DNA of 64,000 bases from Clostridia bacterium. Lineage in GTDB: Bacteria > Bacillota > Clostridia > UMGS1883 > UMGS1540. Shown in pieces: positions 29,783-39,566 of this stretch (position 1 is the first letter of the stretch; each line of letters starts with the position of its first letter). The stretch lies in the NCBI GenBank assembly GCA_017436645.1, contig JAFSCR010000029.1, forward strand, positions 24,360 to 88,359, read 5' to 3'. A program made the translations under genes and the position numbers. The notes beneath the pieces were generated by a model, which had not been told where the DNA came from, ran no database searches, and worked only from the letters and a program-made list of their open reading frames with translations.

Positions 29783-30529
29783 TTAAATAATTTTACGCAA
29801 AAAGGATTGGGTTCGGGGATTCTGCGGATTTTCGAAAATTTCCGTCGGTGTCCCCTTTTCAATAATAGAGCCGCTGTCCATAAAGATAACCGTATCGGCA
29901 ACTTCACGGGCAAAGCCCATTTCGTGGGTGACGATGACCATGGTCATGCCATCGCGGGCAAGCTGTTTCATAACGTCCAGCACTTCCCCGACCATTTCGG
30001 GGTCAAGGGCGCTCGTCGGCTCGTCAAAGAGCATAACGTCCGGATTCATGGAAAGGGCCCGAACAATGGCAATGCGCTGTTTCTGACCGCCGGAAAGCTG
30101 GGAAGGATATGCATCGGCACGGTCACGAAGGCCGACTCTCTCAAGTAGTGCATATGCCTTTTCTTCTGCTTCCTCACGACTCATTTTCAGAAGCTTCATG
30201 GGTGCCAAGGTCATATTGCGAAGCACCGTGTAGTGGGGAAACAGGTTGAACTGCTGAAAGACCATGCCCATTTTCTGGCGCATACGGTTTATATCTACCT
30301 TGGGGTCGGTAATATCCGTACCTTCAAAGTAAATGTGGCCGCCCGTGGGTTCTTCCAGAAGGTTTAAGGAGCGGAGATAGGTAGACTTTCCGCTTCCCGA
30401 AGGGCCGATAACAACCACAACCTCGCCACGGTGAATTTCCGTGTCCACACCCGAAAGTGCATGGATGGTGCCTTTAAAGCATTTGGAAAGGCCTTCTGTG
30501 CGGATAATAACATCAGTTTTATCTTTCAC
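29783..30529 (-). CDS. Polar amino-acid ABC transporter ATP-binding protein
   Basis: Walker [10 protein letters not shown], signature LSGGQKQR and Walker [11 protein letters not shown]. Start is probably GTG 30529, downstream of AAGGAGG. The track ORF begins at TTG 30550. Confidence 0.92.
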   Translation of the reverse strand: MKDKTDVIIRTEGLSKCFKGTIHALSGVDTEIHRGEVVVVIGPSGSGKSTYLRSLNLLEEPTGGHIYFEGTDITDPKVDINRMRQKMGMVFQQFNLFPHYTVLRNMTLAPMKLLKMSREEAEEKAYALLERVGLRDRADAYPSQLSGGQKQRIAIVRALSMNPDVMLFDEPTSALDPEMVGEVLDVMKQLARDGMTMVIVTHEMGFAREVADTVIFMDSGSIIEKGTPTEIFENPQNPRTQSFLRKII

Positions 30530-31898
30530 TATTTCGAAGCCTCCTTTCAAGGAGCGTTACGAGATGCTGCAGCGTCAGCACCATGACAAGGTAAATAAGC
30601 GCCGCCGCAATCAGAGGCATAAAGGCCGTATAGGTGGCAGCACGGATTGCGTTAATGGAATACATAAGGTCGCCAAGGCCAATATAGAAAGCAATGGATG
30701 TTTCTTTTAAAAGCACAACAAATTCATTGGCAAGGGCGGGAAGCACTGCCTTGAAAGCCTGCGGCATAACGATATAGAACATCGTTTGCATATACCCAAA
30801 GCCAAGGCTTCTGCCTGCTTCCGTCTGGCCGTTATCGATGCTCATAATACCGCCACGGACGATTTCCGCAACGTATGCACCGGAGTTTAAGCCAAAACAG
30901 ACAACTGCCGCCAGAAACTTATCAATGCCGAGCGGCATGAAGATTACGAAATATATAATCATAATCTGCACAACGACAGGCGTGCCGCGGATGACGGTAA
31001 GATACACCTGACAGATGGCATTGATAATCTTAAGGCCGATGCCGTGTTTTGTCTGCTTTATGTATGTAGCACGGATAAACGCCACAATAAAACCGATAAA
31101 AATACCTAAAATAAGTGCAAAGACAGTCAGCTTTATGGTAGCCCAGAGACCGTTTACAATGGTCTTCCATCTGTCCGCCTCAATAAAGTTACGGGTAAAA
31201 TCACGCTTCTGCTTATTCCAGAACCGGCCGAGGGCCGAGGAAGTATCCGGCTTTTCGTTCTGCATGACTTCCATGGAATCGAGAAAACCGAGCTTTATAT
31301 TACTCGATTCAAAGACTTTTTCTTCCGTGGTGCCGTCAGCATTGGTGCGGATGGCGCTTGTTTTGGGCATAATATCCTTCCGGATATCTGCAAGACCGCC
31401 GAATACTGCATTGACGACTTCATCACTTGCATACACCACAAGACCTTCATGGGTATCGTACAAAGAAATCTTGCAAGCGACTTCTTTTTCGGGTGCGGTG
31501 CCGATCAGTTCGGAAAGGAGCGGCTCAAATTCCATTTTGAAATGGAGCTTTGATTTATACATGGCCGTGCCATTTTTCCGTTCATCAACAGAAAGGAATG
31601 CATCATAATGGGGAGAAACTGCGCTGTAAACGTCCGCTGTTTTCACCGTGCAATCGAGAATAATATCCTTTTCTTCGCCGTAGGCAACGTCCCCTACCGT
31701 GACATAGTTTTTCTCTGCCACCGCTTTCATGGGGGCAGACACGGCTATGCTATCCAGTTTTTCATTGACCAATCGCTCGGCTTCTTCTTTTGTGATTTTC
31801 CCTGCTACCGTATCGTTTTTAAGGCATACGGCAAAAATGCCGCACAAAAGAATGACGAGGAGCACAATGGCACCTGCCGTTATCAGTTTCTTTCGCAT
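30519..31898 (-). CDS. Amino-acid ABC transporter permease with a long N-terminal extracytoplasmic extension
   Basis: The C-terminal ~220 aa is a HisM/GlnP-type permease ([23 protein letters not shown]). It is preceded by a signal-anchor TM and about 230 aa of soluble sequence. Confidence 0.85.
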   Translation of the reverse strand: MRKKLITAGAIVLLVILLCGIFAVCLKNDTVAGKITKEEAERLVNEKLDSIAVSAPMKAVAEKNYVTVGDVAYGEEKDIILDCTVKTADVYSAVSPHYDAFLSVDERKNGTAMYKSKLHFKMEFEPLLSELIGTAPEKEVACKISLYDTHEGLVVYASDEVVNAVFGGLADIRKDIMPKTSAIRTNADGTTEEKVFESSNIKLGFLDSMEVMQNEKPDTSSALGRFWNKQKRDFTRNFIEADRWKTIVNGLWATIKLTVFALILGIFIGFIVAFIRATYIKQTKHGIGLKIINAICQVYLTVIRGTPVVVQIMIIYFVIFMPLGIDKFLAAVVCFGLNSGAYVAEIVRGGIMSIDNGQTEAGRSLGFGYMQTMFYIVMPQAFKAVLPALANEFVVLLKETSIAFYIGLGDLMYSINAIRAATYTAFMPLIAAALIYLVMVLTLQHLVTLLERRLRNSER

Positions 31899-31971
31899 AT
31901 TTTTTCTCCTTTAAACAGTTCTTTTAAAGGCAAATGTGTTTTGCATTTAAAAGAGCCGTTTAAAAACGGGA

Positions 31972-32000
31972 CAAAAAGCGGGAGAAACTCCCGCTTTTTG
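31972..32000 (-). terminator. Terminator after the substrate-binding protein gene (bidirectional form)
   Basis: AGCGGGAG-AAA-CTCCCGCT hairpin flanked by A5 and T5. Confidence 0.8.
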
Positions 32001-32019
32001 CGCAGTTTTATAAATTGAA

Positions 32020-32802
32020 TTATTCAGCTTTGATGTACTTTGCAATGATGGAATCGATTGTACCGTCGGCTGTCAGCTTTTCGAGTGCCTTGTTGATGTC
32101 TGCAAGAAGTGTTGCATTATCTTTGGAAACTGCGATTGCATAGTCTTCTACAGCATATTCTGTTTCCAGAATCTTCAGGCCTTCGTTTTCAGCAACAAAT
32201 GCCTTTGCGGGTTCATTGTCGATAATAACAGCGTCAACGTCGCCACCCTTGAGTGCGATGATAGCATCAGCGCCCTTGCCGTAGCTTGTTACGTTTTCTT
32301 CGCCGTAATCATCTTTGGAGTACATATCGCCTGTAGTACCGAGCTGTGTACCGATCTTCTTGCCTTCGAGATCTTCGAGGGAAGCGATAGAAGAATCAGC
32401 CTTTACGATAACAACCTGAACGCCTGTAGCGTAGCTGTGTGTAAAGTTAACTTCTTTCTCACGGTCTTCGGTTACAGTCATACCTGCAATACCAACCTGC
32501 ACTTCGCCCTTCTGTACGGAAGCGATGATGGAATCAAATTCCATGTCAACAACTTCGAGGGTGGTGCCCAGTTCTTTGGCGATTGCTTCTGCGATTTCGA
32601 TGTCAATACCAACAAACTTTTCGCCTTCCTTGTATTCATAGGGAGGGAATGCTGCGTTGGTACCCATCTTCAGCGCTGCGGTGTAGGTGCCTTCGTACTT
32701 TGCACCGGCCTCGGGTGCGGGTGCGGGAGAAGTCTTCGGTGCACATGCTGCAAAGGAAAATACCATTACAGCAACAAGTAAAAACAGTAATACTTTTTTC
32801 AT
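32020..32802 (-). CDS. Amino-acid ABC transporter substrate-binding lipoprotein (family 3)
   Basis: Start at ATG 32802 gives MKKVLLFLLVAVMVFSFAAC with a lipobox. The remainder is an SBP_bac_3-like body. Confidence 0.88.
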   Translation of the reverse strand: MKKVLLFLLVAVMVFSFAACAPKTSPAPAPEAGAKYEGTYTAALKMGTNAAFPPYEYKEGEKFVGIDIEIAEAIAKELGTTLEVVDMEFDSIIASVQKGEVQVGIAGMTVTEDREKEVNFTHSYATGVQVVIVKADSSIASLEDLEGKKIGTQLGTTGDMYSKDDYGEENVTSYGKGADAIIALKGGDVDAVIIDNEPAKAFVAENEGLKILETEYAVEDYAIAVSKDNATLLADINKALEKLTADGTIDSIIAKYIKAE

Positions 32803-32885
32803 GAGATAAACCTCCAAAAAAATTTTTATCGCATATATTATACAATTTAATGAAAGAAAATGCAAGCACTTTTCTAATTTTTCCC

Positions 32886-34622
32886 TTACAATTCCGTTTT
32901 TACGTCTATTTCGGGGTTTTGGGGCTTTACATATACAGTATGTTGATTATCATACAGCACCATACCGGGTCGGGCACCGGAAGGCTTCCAGACGTGTTTC
33001 GCCTTCGTAAAGTCCACGGGGACCTGATTGCCCCCCTTACCGCCGCTAAAGTATGCAGCGAGCGCCGCCGCACGGAGAATGACAGTATCGGGCACCGCTT
33101 GCCGTTCCGATTTAATCAGCACATGCGCCCCCGGCATATCTTTCACATGCAGCCATATATCCTCCGCACGGGAAAGGCGCAAGGTGACCAAATCATTTTG
33201 CCGGTTATTCCGCCCGACCAAAACGGAAAAGTCCTCTATTTTAAAGGAAAGCGGCGCACTCGGTACGTCTTTTTGCTTTTTCTTCCCCTTTTCTTCCTTT
33301 ATATAGCCGCCCTCTGCAAGCTCCTTCCGGATTTCGGCGAGGGAATCGGTACTTTCCGCACGTTCTATGGCCTCAAGAACGGTTTCCATATAGGCCGCTT
33401 CTTCCCTTGCTTTCTTCCGCTCCTGAAGGACGACCACCGCCGCCGTTTTCATCTTTCTGTACTTTTTAAAATACAGCTGTGCATTGACGGAGACGTTTTT
33501 CGTTTTATCAAGGGGAATGGTAACAGGTGCCATATTATCATAGAAGTTTTCGAGTGTTACTTCTTCCGCTCCGGGCGCTGCACGGTGAAGATTGGCCAGA
33601 AGAAGTTCACCGTAAATACGGAACTTTTCCATGTTTTCCGCCTGCGCCAGCGTACTTTCATGAATAGCGATTTTCTTATACAGGCGCTCGAGAATGGAGG
33701 ACGCCCGTTTTTTAAGACCGGCACCCTTCTGGCGCAAGCTGTCGCTTTTATCCCTGTCTACAAAGAATATATCCAAAAGGCGGGACATGCTTTCCCCTTT
33801 TTCTACCCGCAGGGCGTTTTTATGGGCAAAAGGCTCATAGGCCGTAAAGTCCACAACTTCTCCTTCCGGTGAATATAGAAGAGACGGGGAAAATGCGCCC
33901 GTCCGTATTCTTTCAAAAAACAGCATAAAACCACGGGCCAAAGCTTCTTCGTTGCCCCGTACAGGTGCATCCTCCATCCCTGTACTTTCTGCCGCAATAC
34001 ATTTTGCCGCCATGGGGCTGAGCCCTCTGAAAAGCAGGGACAGGGCTTTCCACCCGAGCGCGTCAGGCATTTGGGAGAGAAGACGTGCACATTCCTCTTC
34101 GGAAACGGAAAACGGGTCTCTTTTATCCTGCAAGGGCGGCGGACAGTAGGTAAGACCGGGCAGAATACCACGGCCCGAGGAAAGGTCCACATGGTGGGCC
34201 GCCTCAATAATCTTTCCGTTTTCATCGAGAAGAATAATATTGGGGTTCCGCCCCGTAAACTCGGCAACAAGTTTTTTCTCCGTCCTGTCGCCCATTTCAT
34301 TATAACCGCTTACCGAAAGAATGAGCATTCTTTCAAAATCCGGCTGGGTGATCCCCGTAATGCGGCCGCCGCCGAGATGCTTTCTCATAAGCATACAGAA
34401 AAGCGGTGCCTCGGAAGGGTTCGGTTTCCGGATTTCTGTCAGCTGTACCCGTGGATTCTGGTGCCCTGCACAAAAAATAAGGCGCAGATTTTCCTTCGGT
34501 GTGCGGACAGAAAGGACAATTTCGTCCCTTTCCGGCTGGTAAACTTTATCAATACGCCCATCTGAAAGACGGTCACGAAGTTCGGCCGCCATGCAGGCGA
34601 TGAAAGCAGCATCAAGTGGCAT
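32886..34622 (-). CDS. rqcH: Rqc2-homolog RqcH (NFACT / fibronectin-binding protein A family)
   Basis: 578 aa. The N-terminus is MPLDAAFIACMAAELRDRLSDGRIDKVYQPERDEIVL. The C-terminus has an NFACT-R region (VGRNNRQNDLVT, DIWLHVKDMPGAHV). Confidence 0.9.
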   Translation of the reverse strand: MPLDAAFIACMAAELRDRLSDGRIDKVYQPERDEIVLSVRTPKENLRLIFCAGHQNPRVQLTEIRKPNPSEAPLFCMLMRKHLGGGRITGITQPDFERMLILSVSGYNEMGDRTEKKLVAEFTGRNPNIILLDENGKIIEAAHHVDLSSGRGILPGLTYCPPPLQDKRDPFSVSEEECARLLSQMPDALGWKALSLLFRGLSPMAAKCIAAESTGMEDAPVRGNEEALARGFMLFFERIRTGAFSPSLLYSPEGEVVDFTAYEPFAHKNALRVEKGESMSRLLDIFFVDRDKSDSLRQKGAGLKKRASSILERLYKKIAIHESTLAQAENMEKFRIYGELLLANLHRAAPGAEEVTLENFYDNMAPVTIPLDKTKNVSVNAQLYFKKYRKMKTAAVVVLQERKKAREEAAYMETVLEAIERAESTDSLAEIRKELAEGGYIKEEKGKKKQKDVPSAPLSFKIEDFSVLVGRNNRQNDLVTLRLSRAEDIWLHVKDMPGAHVLIKSERQAVPDTVILRAAALAAYFSGGKGGNQVPVDFTKAKHVWKPSGARPGMVLYDNQHTVYVKPQNPEIDVKTEL

Positions 34623-34787
34623 AATTTTCTCCCGTTTTTTCGTTTTTTTCTATTGTATCATATCTTTTTTTGCCCGTCAAGTGTGCAAAAAATCGAAAAT
34701 AGAACGTGAGAAAACGAGAGATATAAAGAGAAAAACGGAGAAAACGAGAGCATTGTAAAATAAAAATAAAAATTTTACAAAAATCTA

Positions 34788-34816
34788 TTGACAAGCAGCG
34801 GAAAGTGTCGTATAAT
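34788..34816 (+). promoter_or_regulatory. Consensus sigma-A promoter for rplM-rpsI
   Basis: TTGACA (34788-34793), a 17-nt spacer, then TATAAT (34811-34816). Confidence 0.8.
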
Positions 34817-34852
34817 ATGCAAGCACTAGAAAAAAAACGGAGGTAAAGCGAT

Positions 34853-35278
34853 ATGAGTAGTTTTATGGCAAAGCCGTCTGACGTAAAAAGAAGCTGGTAT
34901 GTTATCGATGCAGCCGGCAAACCTGTTGGCCGTGTAGCAGCTATTGCAGCTACGCTCCTGCGTGGCAAACACAAGCCCACCTACACACCCCATGTTGACT
35001 GCGGTGACCACGTTATCGTAATCAACTGTAATGAGGCAGTATTTACAGGTAAGAAGCTGGATCAGAAGTCTTACTACAGACACAGCGGCTGGGTTGGAGG
35101 CTTAAAAGAAACAAGCGCACGTGCAATGATGCGCACAAATGCTGACCGTGCAATGTACCTTGCAATCAAGGGCATGGTACCGGACACCACCATCGGCAGA
35201 GAAGCGCTTACAAGACTTCGTGTCTACAAAGATGCTGAACACAAGCATGCAGCACAGAAGCCTGAAGTTTGGGAATAA
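34853..35278 (+). CDS. rplM: 50S ribosomal protein L13
   Basis: Contains [19 protein letters not shown]...GRVA..IA..LRGKHKP. Confidence 0.96.
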   Translation: MSSFMAKPSDVKRSWYVIDAAGKPVGRVAAIAATLLRGKHKPTYTPHVDCGDHVIVINCNEAVFTGKKLDQKSYYRHSGWVGGLKETSARAMMRTNADRAMYLAIKGMVPDTTIGREALTRLRVYKDAEHKHAAQKPEVWE

Positions 35279-35292
35279 GGAGGTAACAGATT

Positions 35293-35688
35293 ATGGCAGA
35301 GAAAACTGAATTCTACGGAACCGGAAGAAGAAAGAAATCCGTTGCCAGGGTACGCCTTTTCCCCGGTACGGGCAATGTGACCATTAACGGTCGTGACATT
35401 GACGATTATTTCGGTCTCGAAACATTAAAGACTATCGTTCGTCAGCCCCTGGACGCAGTTGGCCAGCTCGGCAAGATGGACATCGTATGTAAAGTAGCAG
35501 GCGGCGGCGTAACCGGTCAGGCAGGCGCTATTCGTCACGGTGTTGCAAGAGCACTTCTCCTCGTTGACGAAAACAACCGTGATGCTCTGAAGAAGGCAGG
35601 CTTCCTCACTCGTGACCCGAGAATGAAGGAAAGAAAGAAGTACGGTCTCAAGGCTGCACGTCGTGCACCCCAGTTCTCCAAGAGATAG
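35293..35688 (+). CDS. rpsI: 30S ribosomal protein S9
   Basis: Contains [13 protein letters not shown] and the C-terminal RRAPQFSKR. Confidence 0.96.
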   Translation: MAEKTEFYGTGRRKKSVARVRLFPGTGNVTINGRDIDDYFGLETLKTIVRQPLDAVGQLGKMDIVCKVAGGGVTGQAGAIRHGVARALLLVDENNRDALKKAGFLTRDPRMKERKKYGLKAARRAPQFSKR

Positions 35689-35772
35689 TATTTCCAGAAA
35701 ACTGTATTTATGGTTTGCCGGTCTCTTCCCGAGGCCGTGCAGCTTAGACGTTTGAGGAAGGAGGAAATTTTC

Positions 35773-36045
35773 ATGAATAAAGCAGAACTCGTAAATGCTA
35801 TTGCAGAAAGCGCCGCTCTTTCCAAGAAGGATGCAGAAAAGGCTCTCGCTGTTGCAATCAGCACAATTACTGATACGCTCGCTGAAGGCGGTAAGGTACA
35901 GCTCGTAGGCTTCGGTACTTTCGAAACCCGTCAGCGTGCAGCCAGAAAGGGTAAGAACCCCCAGACAGGCGCAGAAGTTATGATTCCTGCAGCAAAGGTT
36001 CCGGTATTTAAGGCCGGTAAGGCACTGAAGGACAACGTAAAATAA
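35773..36045 (+). CDS. hup: HU-family DNA-binding protein
   Basis: [12 protein letters not shown]...[21 protein letters not shown] (90 aa). Start at ATG 35773 after GGAAGGAGG. Confidence 0.95.
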   Translation: MNKAELVNAIAESAALSKKDAEKALAVAISTITDTLAEGGKVQLVGFGTFETRQRAARKGKNPQTGAEVMIPAAKVPVFKAGKALKDNVK

Positions 36046-36052
36046 TTGGGAA

Positions 36053-36283
36053 TGTAAAAAAAGTCCAGATCGCAAAAAGGAATATAATTCAATAGCGATT
36101 GACTTGGACAATACAAAACCAAACAAAAACAGAAGAAAGGCTTCAAAATATGAAGCCTTTCTTTTTTTATTCCTTTTTGCTATGGGACAAACTTCGCCGC
36201 TTGATGTGCCAATGCACATCGGCGGGTATCCCAAAGCCCATGGCTTTGGCTCAGTTTGCGCATTCTGAACATTTTTTCCTGTT
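36053..36283 (+). repeat. Modular structured repeat, short copy (L1)
   Basis: Shares modules M1 (36053-36079), M2 (about 36170-36199), a CCAAAGCC/GGCTTTGG hairpin (36231-36249) and M3 (36250-36280) with the inverted copy at 44425-44852. Confidence 0.8.
36131..36167 (+). terminator. Rho-independent terminator after hup
   Basis: GAAAGGCTTC-AAAATAT-GAAGCCTTTC followed by T7. Confidence 0.88.
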
Positions 36284-36305
36284 CCCAAGAAGAATGCTGT
36301 TCTTT

Positions 36306-37709
36306 TTATTCTTTTGTTTCTTTCTTCGGCTTTCTGAAAACTGCACCCAGAATCATAATTACCGCAAAAATGATCAGATAGAATAATACGGGGAAGGAGA
36401 ATTTTCCTTCTGCCTTTGCAGCAAGGTAAGGCGTTATGCCATGGGCGTAAACTGCCGCAAACACCATAAAAGCACAGGCAATAATGGCAATGATGGGCAA
36501 AACAAAGCGTTTAAATACACCCATATCCTTTTCCTTTTTCATCCACGCAATAAAAATGGGGATATACATGGCATAAACGGTGACGATGGGAAGCTCGGAA
36601 GAATCAAAGTTAAATAAACCGAACCAGCCTTCCGTGAGATTTGCGCCATAGAAATAAACGAGCCAGAGGGCAGATATAAAGAGGCCCCATACGGAGGAAT
36701 TGGTGGTCATGTTGGTCGCTGCATCCACCTGGCCGAAAACTTTCGGCTTGGGGCCTTCCCCACGGGCGGCAATGGCGTACATGCCACGGGTTACGCCCAC
36801 CATAAGGCCGTTTAATGTGCCAAGGCAGGAAATAACAATACAAATATTTAAAAGTGCACCGCCGACGCTGCCAAAAATATTGGTAAAAGCAGTTGTGGCG
36901 CCTTCTTCAATTAAAACCTTGTTGGTGGCACCGCCGGCAACACCGACAAAGTATAAAACGTAAGCACTTACAACGATGACAGACCCGATAACGAGTGCAA
37001 TGGGAAGATTCTTCTTCGGGTTTTTCAGTTCTGCATTAATGGAAGTTGCCACAATCCAGCCTTCGTAGGCAAATACCGTTGCAACAACGGCGGCAAAAAG
37101 TCCGCTCCATGTCGTGCCACCCACCGCTTCCGAAACCACAGACGTAAAATTCCCCGTAAGGGTGCCGTTTGAAAGGCCCACAATGGTTCCCACAATGGCC
37201 ATAAGGGAAATGGGAATGAGCTTTATCACCGTGGCACTTATCTGGAATTTACCGGCAAGAACGGGAGAAAGTGCATTCATCGTATAGGATGCAACGAGGA
37301 AGAAACCGGCAAGCGCCAAAACCTCCGGCCCCACCATACTCCAGCCGAACAAAACGCCTAAATATCTTGCAGAAACCCATGCCAGCACTGAGGTCATGCC
37401 CGGATAGTAAAGGTTGACCATAAACCAGGCAATATAATAGCCGTATCCCTTACCTAAGGTCGCCTCTGCATAGTCAACAAGGCCGCTGACCTTTTCATAC
37501 TTTGTTGCCATAACGGCAAACTGGGCAGAACAGATAATCATAAGAAGACCCGTAATCACCCATGCCGCAATGCCGAGATACATATTGCCGCCCGTGGCCA
37601 CAAGGACATTCTGCGCTTTAAAGAAAACACCGGAGCCGATTACCGTACCAACGACCATGCAGATTGCCGTAGGCAGGCCGTATTTTTCCATAAGTTTTTC
37701 CATTTTCAT
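36306..37709 (-). CDS. APC-superfamily amino-acid permease
   Basis: 467 aa with 12 or more TM segments. Glycine-rich N-terminus (VVGTVIGSGVFFK) typical of APC transporters. Confidence 0.85.
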   Translation of the reverse strand: MKMEKLMEKYGLPTAICMVVGTVIGSGVFFKAQNVLVATGGNMYLGIAAWVITGLLMIICSAQFAVMATKYEKVSGLVDYAEATLGKGYGYYIAWFMVNLYYPGMTSVLAWVSARYLGVLFGWSMVGPEVLALAGFFLVASYTMNALSPVLAGKFQISATVIKLIPISLMAIVGTIVGLSNGTLTGNFTSVVSEAVGGTTWSGLFAAVVATVFAYEGWIVATSINAELKNPKKNLPIALVIGSVIVVSAYVLYFVGVAGGATNKVLIEEGATTAFTNIFGSVGGALLNICIVISCLGTLNGLMVGVTRGMYAIAARGEGPKPKVFGQVDAATNMTTNSSVWGLFISALWLVYFYGANLTEGWFGLFNFDSSELPIVTVYAMYIPIFIAWMKKEKDMGVFKRFVLPIIAIIACAFMVFAAVYAHGITPYLAAKAEGKFSFPVLFYLIIFAVIMILGAVFRKPKKETKE

Positions 37710-37821
37710 TCCTCCGCATTCATTTTCTTCATCATAGCATCGGATTGTAAATATTACAACAGTTTTTTAAAAAATACATTTATTTTTTTGTTTTCGCCTG
37801 TTTTTATCCTTGTTTTTTTGG

Positions 37822-37858
37822 AAAAATAAAAAAAGAGAGCAGAAATTTCTGCTCTCTT
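37822..37858 (-). terminator. Terminator after hydA
   Basis: AGAGAGCAG / CTGCTCTCT stem, with a long T-run on the minus strand. Confidence 0.85.
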
Positions 37859-37867
37859 TTGTGCTTT

Positions 37868-39562
37868 TTATTGATTATGCTTGCCGTAATGGACGTGGAG
37901 AAGTTCATGTTCTCTGCCACGGATGATATCATCATATAACGTTTTCAGAATGGGATTCTGCTCCGCACGGCGGATGGAAAGAAGTCTGTCCGACTTATAA
38001 AGGCCTTTGCTTCTCTCTTCCTTATCCTGTCTGACGGCAAAGGGCTGACCGCCGCCGTTTACACAGCCGCCGGGGCAAGCCATTACTTCAACAAAGTCAA
38101 TCTTCTCGCCATTCTTAATGCGCTGCAGCACTTTTTCGGCATTGGAAAGGCCGCTGACAACTACGAGGCGTAATTTACTTTCGCCGGCAGTAATATCAAA
38201 TTCCTTAATGCCTTCGTCGCCTCTCTGGCCGCAGTTTGCAACCATCATAATATCCGCACGGGATTTGTTGGCAATAACATGGCGGAGAACAGCTTCCGTA
38301 ACGCCGCCGGTAACACCGAAGATAACGCCTGCACCGGAAATGGTACCAAAGGGCATGTCAACAGCTTCAGGCTCAAGGGCATCAAACATAAGGCCTGCTT
38401 CTTTAATCATGGTAACGAGTTCCTGTGTAGTAATTACGACATCTACATTCGGCGCACCGTCTACCTTAAATTCATCTCTTGCTGCTTCAAACTTTTTAGC
38501 CGTACAGGGCATAACGGCAACGTGGAACGTCTTCTCGCCCTTTTCCTTTGCCTGATCCTTTAAAATGGATGCCATCATCTGCATGGGAGAACGGCAGGTG
38601 GAAATGTTGGGCAGAAGTTCGGGATGCTTCTTCTCGCAGTACTGAATCCATCCTGGGCAGCAAGAGGTAATGAGGGGCAGGTTTTCGCCGGAAGAAAGTC
38701 TTTCCATAAATTCTGCACTTTCCTCCAAAACCGTAAGGTCTGCGCCGAGAGAAGTGTCATAAATCTCGTCAAAGCCCATGCGATGGAGGGCGGCTACGAT
38801 TTTACCCATAACATCCTCGCCGTCTTTTACGCCGAGTTCACGGCCAAGTGCCACACGAACGGCAGGTGCAATCTGCACGGAGGTTCTCACATCCGGATCG
38901 CTGATTGCCTTCCATACGGGGGAAATATTATTTTTAACAACAATAGCACCTGTGGGGCATACTGCTACGCACTGTCCGCAGCCTACGCAGGGACTTTCGG
39001 CAAGAGGCTTGCCGAAGGCGGTGCTGATGACCATATTGGAACCACGGTATGCAAAGTCAATGGCACCCACATTCTGAATTTCGTTACACATGCGGACACA
39101 GTCACCGCAAAGGATACACTTGCCGGCATCACGGGAAATGCAAACGGAGGACGAGTCTTCTTCCGCATTGGATTTTGCTGTGTTGGGGAAACGGACACCC
39201 TCAATGTTAAAGCGCATGGCAAGGTCCTGCAGCTTACATTTGGTATTGTTCTGGCAAGTAGTACAGTCACGGCAATGGTTTGCCAGAAGAAGTTCGAGAA
39301 TATTCTTTCTGTATCTTCTGAGGCGCTCCGTGTTTGTTTGTATCTTCATGCCGGCACGGGGCGGTGTGGAGCATGCCGCACTAAGTCCCCCTCTTTCGTC
39401 CTCTACCATACACATTCTGCAAGCACCGTATACGGAAAGCTCGGAATGGTAGCAGAACGTAGGCATCTTAACGCCTGTTTTATTGATGAGCTCGAGAAGG
39501 TTTTTTTCACCGTTAATCTCGACAGGAATCCCGTCGATGGTTACATACTGTTTTTCTGTCAT
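37868..39562 (-). CDS. hydA: [FeFe] hydrogenase catalytic subunit (HydA of a HydABC-type enzyme)
   Basis: N-terminal 2Fe-2S domain and ferredoxin-like clusters. H-cluster motifs are TSCCPGW, MPCTAKKFE and EVMACPGGCVNGGGQP. Confidence 0.92.
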   Translation of the reverse strand: MTEKQYVTIDGIPVEINGEKNLLELINKTGVKMPTFCYHSELSVYGACRMCMVEDERGGLSAACSTPPRAGMKIQTNTERLRRYRKNILELLLANHCRDCTTCQNNTKCKLQDLAMRFNIEGVRFPNTAKSNAEEDSSSVCISRDAGKCILCGDCVRMCNEIQNVGAIDFAYRGSNMVISTAFGKPLAESPCVGCGQCVAVCPTGAIVVKNNISPVWKAISDPDVRTSVQIAPAVRVALGRELGVKDGEDVMGKIVAALHRMGFDEIYDTSLGADLTVLEESAEFMERLSSGENLPLITSCCPGWIQYCEKKHPELLPNISTCRSPMQMMASILKDQAKEKGEKTFHVAVMPCTAKKFEAARDEFKVDGAPNVDVVITTQELVTMIKEAGLMFDALEPEAVDMPFGTISGAGVIFGVTGGVTEAVLRHVIANKSRADIMMVANCGQRGDEGIKEFDITAGESKLRLVVVSGLSNAEKVLQRIKNGEKIDFVEVMACPGGCVNGGGQPFAVRQDKEERSKGLYKSDRLLSIRRAEQNPILKTLYDDIIRGREHELLHVHYGKHNQ

Positions 39563-39566
39563 CTCA

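Noticed and set aside
32850-33872. 340-aa plus-strand ORF
   Set aside because: It is antisense to rqcH, which has clear NFACT motifs. It has no RBS and its composition is that of a shadow frame.
36176-36277. Possible conserved small ORF, MFRM(R/N)KLSQS(H/R)(G/R)LWDTR..., with an AGGA-N5-ATG start, shared by repeats L1 (minus strand) and L2 (plus strand, from 44437)
   Set aside because: All differences between the two copies are non-synonymous and fall in hairpin loops or unpaired positions, while the stems are conserved. The two frames diverge completely after 17 codons, and the L2 copy has no nearby stop. The conservation pattern fits structure rather than peptide.
35425-36288. 287-aa minus-strand ORF
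   Set aside because: It is antisense to rpsI and hup and runs through the hup terminator and repeat L1. It is spurious.
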